A model generated the notes under the pieces. That model had not been told where the DNA came from, did no database searches, and saw only the letters and a program-made list of their open reading frames with translations. A stretch of DNA of 64,000 nucleotides, taken from contig NC_058368.1 of assembly GCF_018350175.1 (NCBI RefSeq), positions 70,682,001 to 70,746,000 on the forward strand, read 5' to 3'. Numbering within the stretch: position 1 is the first letter of the stretch; the number at the start of each line of letters is the position of its first letter. Of this stretch, positions 53,887-64,000 are shown one piece after another. The stretch comes from Felis catus. Taxonomy: Eukaryota. A program made the position numbers and the translations under genes.

Positions 53887-55257
53887 GGGCAAAAGGCATG
53901 AACAGACACTTTCAAGGAAGACATCTAGACGGCTAACAGACACATGGAAAGATGCCCAATACCACTCATCCTCAGAGAAATACAAATCAAAACCACAATG
54001 AGATACCACCTTATACCTGTCAGAATGGTTAAAACTAACAACTCAGGAAACAACAGATGTTGGCGAGGATGTGGAGAAAGGGGGACACTTTTGCACTGCT
54101 GGTGGGAATGCAAACTGGTGTAGCCACTCTGGAAAACAGTGTGGGGATTCATCAAAAAATTAAAAATAGAGCTACCCTGTGACCCAGGAATTGCACTATT
54201 AGGTATTTATCCAAAGGATACAAAAATGCTGCTTTGAAGGGGCACATGCACCCCAATGTTTATAACAGTGCTATCGACAATAGCCAAAGTATGGAAAGAA
54301 CCCAAATGTCCATCAACTGATGAATGGATAAAGAAGAGGTGGGGTGCCTGGTGGCTCAGTTGGTTAAGTATCTGACTTTGGCTCAGGTCATGATTTCATG
54401 GTTTGGGAGTTCGAGCCCCACTTCGGGCTCTGCTGTCAGTGCAGAGTCCACTTCAGATCCTGTTTCTCTCTCTCTCTCTCTTCCTCTCTCTTACAAAAGT
54501 AAACATTAAAAAAAAAAAAAAAGAGGCTTGGTATATATATATTGCACACACAATGGAATATTACTTGGCAATCAAAAAGAATGAAATCTTGCCATTTGCA
54601 ACAACATGGATGGAACTAGAATATATTACGCTAAGCAAAATAAGTCAGAGAAAGATAAGTATCATACGATTTCATTCATGTGGAATTTAAGAAACAAAAC
54701 AGTGAACATAGGGGAAGGGAAGGAAAAATAAGATAAAAACAAAGAGGGAGGCAAACCAGAAGAGACTCTTTTTTTTTTAAATAACTTTTTAAAGTTTATT
54801 TTATTTATTTTGAGAGAGAGAGAGAGAGAGAGCGAGCACAGCAGGGACAGAGAGAGGGAAATAGAATCCCAAGCAGGCTCTGCACTGTCAGTGCGGAGCC
54901 TGTTGTGGAGCTCGAATTCACCAATCATGAGATCATGACCTGAGTCTGAGCTGAAACCAGGAGTCGAACGCTTAACTGACTGAGCCACCCAGGCACCCCC
55001 AGAAGAAACTCTTAAGTACAGAGGATAAACTGAGGGTTGCTGGAGGCGTGTTGGGTGGGGCTATGGGCTGAATGGGTGACAGGCTTTGAGGAGGGCACTT
55101 GTTGGGATGAGCACTGGGTGTTGTATGTAGTGATGAATCACTAAATTCTACTCCTGAAACCATTATTACACTATATGTTAACTGACTTGGATTTAAATAA
55201 AATTTTAAAAATAAATTGAAAAAAAAAAAACTGAACTATAAAAAATAAATAAATAAA
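53887..55257 (+). mobile_element. 5'-truncated carnivore L1 in TM9SF2 intron 1, sense orientation, with two nested SINEs
   Basis: ORF2 end (AIKKNEILPFATTWMELE) plus 3' UTR and A-rich tail. 14-bp TSD aggaagtatggctt at 53873-53886 and 55258-55271. SINEs at ~54341-54522 (+) and ~54770-55000 (-). Confidence 0.92.
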
Positions 55258-55902
55258 AGGAAGTATGGCTTTAAATTAGCCTGTATTTCCTAGGAAGGTG
55301 ATATAACTTTTCTCCTCTTTCCCCATTGTGGAACTTGTTTTGGTCTTTGTGAATTTCTTCACTGTTATTACCTTTGTAGTTAAGCACTCTCCAATTGAAT
55401 CAGAGCAGTCCTCCAAAGTTAAATCATCTTTCCATTGTCTGTCTCCTGTCTGTTTAAGAGCAGTGGTTGTATTTCTAGTATAGTTGGTCTAGAAATTTCT
55501 TCTGACTTGGAAGCATTTCTTGACTGCTATGAGAATGTTTAAGAAAAAGTTGTTTAAAAATAAAAATTATTTTTGTGCTGCAGAATGAAATATTGATTTT
55601 GAAAAACAGACTTTTAAGAATGGCATCTATATTGACATGATGAATGATTTAAATATCTTAATCTTTAAGAAATTTTATAACTTAAAAAACATTTAGAAAT
55701 TATTGGAGACATTTTCAACTATGAAAATATTTTGTTGTAATTTAACTGTATATAAGCCCACTTAATGAATGGATTTATGAGAGAAATGTTTAAATATCAT
55801 AAAGTTTTAATTTCAAACACGTCAAATTATTTTTCAGTTCTAAACATGACTTAAGTTTTGATCTCCAGTTTATATTCTAATTCTGTGTTTCCTCATTTTC
55901 AG

Positions 55903-55970
55903 GCTGAAATAGAACTATTCGTGAACAGGCTTGATTCAGTGGAATCTGTTCTTCCTTATGAATACACAGC
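55903..55970 (+). CDS. TM9SF2: TM9SF2 coding exon 2
   Basis: Acceptor ctcattttcAG|, donor GC|GTAAGT. 68 nt encoding AEIELFVNRLDSVESVLPYEYT(A), in frame with exon 1. Confidence 0.96.
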
Positions 55971-56009
55971 GTAAGTTTTTTAGCTTGATTTTGATATAAA
56001 ATTGCATGT

Positions 56010-58549
56010 AACTCGCGTTGCCTGGTTAGTTCTGTTGAGTGTCAGTCAGTTGAGTGTCCGTTGAGTGTCCAACTCTTGATTTTGGCCCAGGTCATGATCC
56101 CAGGGTCATGGGATTGAGCCCAGCATTGGGCTCCATTCTGAGCATGGATCCTGCTTAAGATTCTCTAAAATAAAAAAATAAAATTGTATACGACTTATCA
56201 GAATTTTCTACTTTTAGAATTTTATTTTCTCCATAGTTATGGATAAATTTATATGTGCTTTAAAAATGTACAGGGCCTAAAAACATTTTTTAAAGGGTAT
56301 TCTTTATTCCAAGGTAGGGTTAGAATGTGAAATGTGATCTTTTCAATAGAAGCACCAACTAAAACAGTGGATTTCCTTTTTTATCCCAGTGGACAAAAAA
56401 ACCATTGTGTTTTCTTTAAATTTTTTAATTATAGGGGCACCTGGGTAGCTTAGTCACTTAAGTGTCCAACTTTTTTTTTTTTTTTTTAATGTTTATTTTT
56501 AAGAGAGAGAGCAATCCAGAGCATGAGTCAGGGAGAAGCAGAGAGAGAGTGGGAGACACAGAATCAGAAGCAGGTTCCAGGCTCCATACTGTCAACACAG
56601 AGGCCGACGCAGGGCTCGAACTCAGTAACATGAGCTGAAGTCTGATGCCCAACCTACAGAGCCACCTACGTGCCCCATGAGTGTCCAACTCTTGATTTCA
56701 GCTCAGGTCATGATCTTATGGTGGTGAAATTGAGCCCTGAGTTGGGCTTAGTGCTGATAGTACAGAGCCTACTTGGGACTCTTGCTCTTCCTCTCCCTCT
56801 CTGCCACCCATCCCCCAATAAATAAATAAACTTAAAAAAATAGATTTTTTAATTATAAAAATACTCAAAACATTTTTAAGTTTATGTATTTATTTTCAGA
56901 GAAAGAGTGCATGTGTATGCCGTGTGAGCGAGCAGGGGAGGAGCAGAGAGAGGGGGAGAGAGAATCCCAACAGGCTCTGCACCGTCAGCCCAGAGCCTAA
57001 CAGAGGCTCAATCCCACCAACCGTGAGATCCTGACCTGAGCAGAAATCAAGAGCCCGAAGCTTAACTGACTCAGCCACTCAGGTGCCCCCAAACTCCACA
57101 TAATTTTAAACAAAATTCTTTTTTGTTGTTGTTGTTTTTAAATGTTTATTTTTGAGAGAGACACACACAGGGCGAGCAAGAGAGGGACAGAGAGAGAAAG
57201 AGACAGAATCTGAAGCAGGCTCCAGGCTCTGAGGTGTCAGCACAGAGCCTGATGTGGGGCTCAAACTTATCAATGGTGAGATCATGACCTGAGCTGATGT
57301 CAGACGCTCAACCAACTGAGCCACCCAGGTGCCCCTTAACAAAATTCTTATGTCCTTCATAATCAATCCCCAGAAATAATTGCTTTGTTTTCTGCTCCTC
57401 CTACATTTTTTTCTCTGCATATTCTAATGTACCTAACCACATCTATACATTTTTGTTTTAAACAAAAGTAGTTTTGCACCTTGTTTTTCTCATCTAATCT
57501 TTTCACGTTAATACACAGCCATAGCTACCCCAGTCTTTATCGTAGTTGTTTATGCTTTTTTTGTTTTTTTTTTGTTTCTTTTTTTTTTGTTTTTTTTTTT
57601 AACGTTTATTTATTTTTGAGACAGAGAGAGACAGAGCATGAACGGGGGAGGGTCAGAGAGAGAGGGAGACACAGAATCGGAAGCAGGCTCCAGGCTCTGA
57701 GCCATCAGCCCAGAGCCCGACACGGGGCTCGAGCTCACTGACGGTGAGATCGTGATCTGAGCTGAAGTCGGACGCCCACCTGACTGAGCCACCCAGGCGC
57801 CCCTTGTTTTGTTTTTTAAAGTAAGCTCTCACCCATTGTGGGGCCTGAACTCATGACCCTGAGATCAAGAGTTGCATGCCCTACCAACTGAGCCAGCCAG
57901 GCACCCCTGTTTGTTGTTTCATTGTAGAGGTTGTGTAGAGTTGTGTATAATTTGTTCCACTATATCTCTGTTTTTGAACATTTTATTATTTTAACTTTTT
58001 TGATATTATAAAAAAATTTTTATGTATATATAACCTTTATTCATTTGATCACTATATACCCTATTGAGTATAAAACAGTTCCTAAATTTTATCTGGCTTC
58101 TAAATTTTTGTTGTATTTAAGAGGTTTAAAAGAAAATGTGTGCTTACTATAGAAAAAAAGCACACACCAAAAAGTGAGACTATCCTATTAGAATCCAGAT
58201 GCCTAACTACGTATTAGAAGGAAGTACAACATTCATAAATGGATGGACTGTTATTTATGTAACTATTGGAGACGAGACCTAAATGCTGTTTTCAGTTTTT
58301 GTTTCTTTTGTTTTGTTAAATAAACAAACATATTTCCTGAAATCTTTGTGGGATGTATCAGGGAAAATTCAGTGGATCTCTTACGTCCACTACATGGAAA
58401 GTCTTCATTTGAGGACTTCCTGGCCCCAGTTTTGTGGGTTTGTTTTTTTTAAGATTTTTAAGTAATCTCTACGCCCAACGTGGGGCTCAAACTCACAACG
58501 CCAAGATCCAGAGTTGCATGCTCCACCAACTGAGGCAGCCAGGCGCCCC
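56010..58549. mobile_element. Intron 2 Can-SINE cluster: ~56010-56180 (+), 56434-56840 (+, with nested - copy 56472-56679), 56880-57090 (-), 57125-57335 (-), 57560-57803 (-), 57810-57907 (-), 58440-58549 (-)
   Basis: Can-SINE consensus phrases; nested TSD agtgtccaact. Confidence 0.9.
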
Positions 58550-59294
58550 CAACCAGCCTGTTTTTTATCATCGAAGATTCATCTTTGTTTTGGGAATCTA
58601 ATCTGTAGCCATCACTGCATGGGTCTTGAGTGCTCCCATATCATTCCAGAATGAACACAAGAACTGTCCTTTAATTTTCTATAGCAAAGCTGAAATTTGA
58701 CTGTAATGTTTAAAGCAAATTATTTTGAAACCTGGTTAATAATACAAGGGAATTACAGAGAACCTTATAGCTGACTGATTATGGCTTCTTCACAATTCTC
58801 TGCTCTCTAGGGTCTGTCTTGCCATGCTTCTCATGTTGGGATGTGTTAGCCATTGTATAGGGATGAGGCATAAACCCAGGGAACTTTGACATATCTTCCT
58901 GAAATGTTATTATTAATTAAAGCTTTGGATTAGAAAGTTAGAACAAAAGGAGATAAGTTAATGGAAAATTTGCTTGAAGAAGAAAGATACCAGTTTTATC
59001 ATTGGAATGAACAAAAATAAGTATATCGTGTTAACTTTTTAAATTCTGTAATTTACATCTTCATAAAAGATATTTAGACATCAAAGTTTTCTCGGGCATA
59101 ATTTTCTGACGTTTTGCTTTTTTGCTTTAGGGAGATGTACATGGAACTTGGAGTGTGAATATATTTCTTATTCAACTACTAGAGCTACTGGAATGATCAG
59201 TACTTAATTTCTGCCCTCTAGATTGAATAGGGGCTTGATATGTCATTGTTTCCTTTTATGTGTAAAAGCTTAAATACTTCCCCCCCCCCCCCAG

Positions 59295-59388
59295 GTTTGA
59301 TTTTTGCCAAGCATCAGAAGGAAAACGCCCATCTGAAAATCTTGGTCAGGTGTTATTTGGGGAAAGAATTGAACCTTCACCATATAAG
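59295..59388 (+). CDS. TM9SF2: TM9SF2 coding exon 3
   Basis: Acceptor (C)13AG|, donor AAG|GTTGGT. 94 nt encoding (A)FDFCQASEGKRPSENLGQVLFGERIEPSPYK, including the conserved TM9SF ENLGQVLFGERI motif. Completes the split Ala codon of exon 2. Confidence 0.96.
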
Positions 59389-59624
59389 GTTGGTATTCAG
59401 TGTGACATAGAGGTCATTTAGTTGTTCCTTTCTTTCTCATTCATTCTTTTTTCTTTATTTTTTCCTTACAGAAAAGCCTAAGATAACTTAGCTGTTATAT
59501 CTAAAGAGGATTTCATTTCTCTTTTAGCTCTGGGAATAATTTTTTAATGTTACGGTTTAGAAGGATCCCTCTCCTCATGATATGTCACGGATAAATTTGT
59601 CTTAACAAACATTCATATATCAGT

Positions 59625-62600
59625 TTTTTTTTTTAATTTTTTTAACATTTATTTATTTTTGAGACACAGAAAGAGACAGAGCATGAGAGGGGGAGGGGCA
59701 GAGAGAGAGAAGGAGACCCAGAATCTGAAGCAGACTGCAGACTCTGAGCAAACTGTCAGCACAGAGCCTGATGCAGGGCTTAAACCCACAAACTGCGAGA
59801 TCATGACCTGAGCTGAAGTCAGATGCTCAACCGACTGAGCCATCCAGGCCCCCCTCATATATCAGTATTCTAAATGATAAGTTGGTGGCCTAAAGGATAG
59901 GACTCAAGACGCTCTTCCTTATGTTACAGAGGGACCAGAAACCCAGGCCTCCGTCATGAAAAGTTGCTGCAGCTGCTCCACATCTCCTTCTCCCTCTTTG
60001 GGAGTATTCATACATATTTACCTACTCTCTCCTAGCAAGTATAGCACTACTTGGGTTCCCCCATTGGGGGTTTTGGGAAGCTAAACCTTTCTCTTTTGAC
60101 CATTGAAAGTATATTTGGAATGTTCTCGGTATATTTTTAGAAACCAAACTAAGCACAATATAAGATACTGTCTTCAATGTATGTACTCCATCATCACCCA
60201 GAATTACTCCTTTTTTTTTTAGTTTATTAAAAAAAATTTTTTTAATGTTTATTTTTGAGAGAGGGGGGGGGGAGGGGCAGAGGGAGGGTGAGACACAGAA
60301 TCTGAAGCAGGCCTCAGGCTCTGAGCCGTCAGCACAGAGCCGGACACAGCGCTCAAACCCACAAACCACAAAATCATGACCTGAGCTGAAGTCAGATGCT
60401 TAACTGACTAAGCCACCCAGGCACCCCTATTTATTTATTTTGAGAGAGACAGAGAGAGTGCAAATCAGGGAGAGGCAGGGAGAGAGGGAGAGGGAGAAGG
60501 GGAGAGAGAGAGAGAGAAAGAAAGAGAATCCCAAGCAGTCCCCACGCTGTCAGGACAGAGCCCGATGTGGGGCTTGATCCCATGACTGTGAGATCATGAC
60601 CTGATCTGAAATCAAGAGTTGGATATTCAACTAACTGAGCCACCCAGGCGCTCCCTGGAATTATTCTTTTAAATCTGTAAACACTTAAGCCTATTTTTCT
60701 TCCATGTTGTGCAGTACCCTGTTCATTTTACATCTTTTCCCCCTGCTACACAAAGAATGATGCTCACTCTCTTTTAGGAAAATTAAACTAGTTTATCATA
60801 ACACTGTATCACCATATAAAAACTTAAATGATGCAGAATAATATGAAATGAAAAGTAAATCTTTCTCCCCCTACCCCCAGTTTTACATCAGTTTCTTTTT
60901 TTTTAATTAAAAAAAAATGTTTTTTTAACGTTTATTCATTTTTGAGAGACAGAGACAGAGCATGAGTGGGGAAGGGGCAGAGAGAGAGGAAGACACAGAA
61001 TCTGAAGCAGACTCCAGGCTCAGAGCTGTCAGCACAGAGCCCGACGCGGGGCTCGAACTCACGAACCGTGAGATCACGACCTGAGCCGAAGTCGGATGCT
61101 CAACCGACTGAGCCACCCAGGCGCCCCATTACATCACAGTTTCTTACTAATCTTTCCTGAAATTTCCCATGTACTTACAACCATATATAAATAAAATTAG
61201 ACTTGACTTGTTTATGATTTAACATATTATTCTGCACTGTGAATTTTTCCTTTAAGTCTCTACTTTGGACATCTCTCTGTATTCATTTTAATTGCTGTAA
61301 CTTGACTCCAGGTTTTATTCCCCAGGCTAATTCCTCTCTCAGTGTCTCATCCTTGTCTTCTATGAGTTAGACCCTATGGTTAGCTGCCTTCTCTGCTTCT
61401 CACTGAGCACTGCCATCTATTTTATTTGGCACTTCATTGCGCTGAGCATCTGTCCAGCAAATCCCCAAACCTAGAGTTGTCCCACTACCCACCTAATCCC
61501 CTCTAACACTACACTACACTGGGGAAAAGACACATAATTGTGCAAGTTTAGTCCACATAAGTATACGATTTTACAGTTTTCAACCATAAGTCCTCTTAAA
61601 ATAATTATAATTTTAAAATTTCTACCCTAAAGATGCCCGTAGTTTAAAATTTTTTCAAAGACAGATTTGAAGGCATATGGGATGAGGCCACTGGGAAGGA
61701 AGGAGCTCAAAGTATATGGACATGGGTATTACTGTGCCGGGCAAGCATATTAATTGTGTATCATCTTAATTGTGTATCACTCCCTGATGTGATATTTTGA
61801 AAGATTACTTTGGAAGTTATTGTACTGTTTTTATAGTAGAGGGTGATTTTCAGGCATATTTATTAAATTATACAATCAACTTAAGATATTCCTGTGGTGC
61901 CTCAGCCCCATCATTCTGTTTAGTTATGCCTTTGCCTTGAGAAATAATGGAAGGAAAGAGCATCAATAACATCGTCAGTGAACTTGAGGGACAGCAGGAG
62001 TTTCTTGCAGTAAACAGCTCATAGCAGGTTGCAGATAAACAGAGGAAAGGCCAGCAAAATATTCAAACCCCGGAAGAAGTTTGTCCCTTTGGGGAAGAAT
62101 TTAAGGGCAAATTCTGTCCATGGTAGGTTCCCTCCAGGATATATTTATTTACAGGAAAAGACAGCCTTGCTTATGCAAAGGACCCTTCTTCTAGGCCTAG
62201 TACTTTGCACATTTAATTTTGAACCAGGAGTTGAGGTAAAATAGAACAGGAGTGCTTTAAAATGGAGAGACGTGCATCTCACATTTTGTATGAGTTTCCT
62301 AGGAGTTTTTAGGATCAAGATTTGTGCTAAAACAAAATCTTTAAGTCCCCCAAGCTTAAAGAGACAGAGTAGGCATTTCTTAAGACTAAGGCATAGGTAA
62401 ACAGAAACATGGGGATAAGAGATTAGATTTTCAGGGCGCCTGGGTGGCTCAGTCGGTTGAGCGTCCTACTTTGGTTCAGGTCACAATCTCGCGGTCCGTG
62501 AGTTCGAGCCCCGCGTCGGGCTCTGGGCTGATGGCTCGGAGCCTGGAGCCTGCTTCCATTCTGTGTCTCCCTCTCTCTCTGCCCCTCCCCTGTTCATGCT

Positions 62601-62975
62601 CTGTCTCTGTCTCAAAAATAAACATTAAAAAAAAAATTAAAAAAAAAAAAAAGAGATTAGATTTTCATTCAAGTCAGCCATAAATGCAATGACTCATATT
62701 TTTCAGTATTGATTCAGTATTCTTTGTCTTTTATTTTCATAGAATTTTGCCTTATTTTTTAACGTTTATTTTTGAAAGAGAGAGAGAGAGAGAGCGAGCG
62801 AGCGAGCACGAGTCGGGGAGGAGCAGAGAGAGAGGGAGACCCAGAATCTGAAGCAGGCTCCAGGTTCTGAGAGCTGTCAGCACAGAGCCTGGCATGGGGC
62901 TCAAACTTACAAACTGTGAGATCATGACCTGAGCCAAACTCCGATGCTTAACCACCTGAGCCACCCAGGCACCTC
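59625..62975 (-). mobile_element. Intron 3 antisense Can-SINEs: ~59625-59854, 60210-60427, 60430-60655, 60895-61127, 62750-62975
   Basis: Can-SINE consensus phrases on the minus strand. Confidence 0.9.
62434..62650 (+). mobile_element. Young SINEC_Fc in TM9SF2 intron 3
   Basis: Long A tail; 17-bp TSD aagagattagattttca at 62417-62433 and 62651-62667. Confidence 0.95.
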
Positions 62976-63164
62976 TTATTTTGCTTTATTTTAGATCTGC
63001 AGTAAAAACAATGGTAACAACCAGCAACAAAACAAAACCTCAAATCTGCTTTGCTGTCTTTTATCTATGACTGCTGTTGAGGTCAGGAAAACAAGATTGT
63101 GTGTGTTATGTGAAGCTGGAGCCACATTCTCAGGGTCATAGACTCATCGCAGATCTAACCAGTC

Positions 63165-63965
63165 ATCCATATTCATTTGCTCAGTTAGTATGTTCGTGCC
63201 AGGCACTGTGGTAGGTATGGCATGCAGCAGTGATCGGAGACAAAAATCTCTGTCCTCATGGACCTTATATTCTGATGAGGAGAAGGAAACAAAATGAATT
63301 ACTGAAGTACATACTGTGTCCATTGCTGATGGAAAAACTATCAAAAATAAGTCAGGGAAGGTGAATGAAGAATTGGCAATTTTAAATGGGCCAGCAGAAG
63401 TCTTGCTGAGTGAGAAGGTAACATTCGAGCAAAAGACCTGAGGCAAGTAGAGGAGTGAACCATGTGAATATCTGGGGGAATGTTCTCTGTGAAGATAGCA
63501 GCACATGCACCCGTTCTAAGATGTGAGCTTGCCTGGTGGGCTGAAGGTACAGAAATAGTTGGTGTGACTTGAGCGAGTGAGCAAGATAGAGAATAGCAGG
63601 GAATGAGGGCAGAGAAACAATGGGACCATATCACATAGGAACTCCTAGGCCACTGTAAAGACTTTGGCTTGTATATCTGAGCAAGATGGTTAACACTGAA
63701 GGATATTGAGTAGGCTTAAATTTTAACAGGATCACTAGGGCTGCTGTGTTGAGGAGGACCATGGGAGAGCAAGGAGAGAAGCCAGGAGACTGGTTAGGAG
63801 GCTGCCACAATCGTAGAGATATGTATGACCCGATAATAGCTCAGACCATGGAGTATAGGAGTAGGTGTTGTGTTGTCAGAATCTCAAAAGCTGGCTACAT
63901 TTTGAAGGTGGGGTCAGTACAACAGAATTTGCTAAGGGATGGCATGTGGGGTGTGGGTTTCCTGT
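63165..63965 (-). mobile_element. L2 fragment
   Basis: ttcatt...gtgccaggcactgt...ggccactgtaaagactttggctt...aggatcact...gctgctgtgttgag are typical antisense L2 phrases. Confidence 0.8.
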
Positions 63966-64000
63966 TTTCTAGAATGGGACAGTCTGGGAAGAGCAGGTTT

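Noticed and set aside
7935..62964. Many 60-145 aa ORFs sharing MAQSV/SAQVMISQ/LRQRETEHE motifs as a gene family or repeat array
   Set aside because: They are translations of dispersed Can-SINEs, irregularly spaced and in both orientations; not CRISPR-like and not coding.
59389..64000. TM9SF2 exon 4
   Set aside because: No segment with suitable splice sites and TM9SF-like translation; the region is SINE/L2-rich intron, so exon 4 probably lies beyond the window.

Overview
This is mammalian genomic DNA from a felid: it carries dozens of tRNA-derived Can-SINE/SINEC_Fc copies and carnivore L1 3' ends. The only protein-coding gene I can support is the 5' end of TM9SF2 on the + strand. It has a CpG-island promoter and coding exons at 45886-46053, 55903-55970 and 59295-59388, which splice in frame; the gene continues beyond the window. 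The first ~42 kb is repeat-dense intergenic sequence (SINEs, L1/L2/MIR, MaLR and ERV1-type LTRs, hAT-type MER elements) with islands of unique sequence. Almost all ORFs in the supplied track are SINE, L1 or microsatellite artefacts; the 367-aa ORF is a dead L1 ORF2 fragment. I see no supportable new biological system. The best leads are regulatory or splicing-related: a second CpG promoter ~2.7 kb upstream of TM9SF2 with a possible splice route into the 5' UTR and a possible divergent lncRNA; a two-part CTCF site; an L2-tail-derived NRF2-type ARE; a pure poly-C acceptor at exon 3; and inverted SINEs around a frame-preserving exon 2-3 cassette. Repeat boundaries and subfamily names were read by eye and are approximate.
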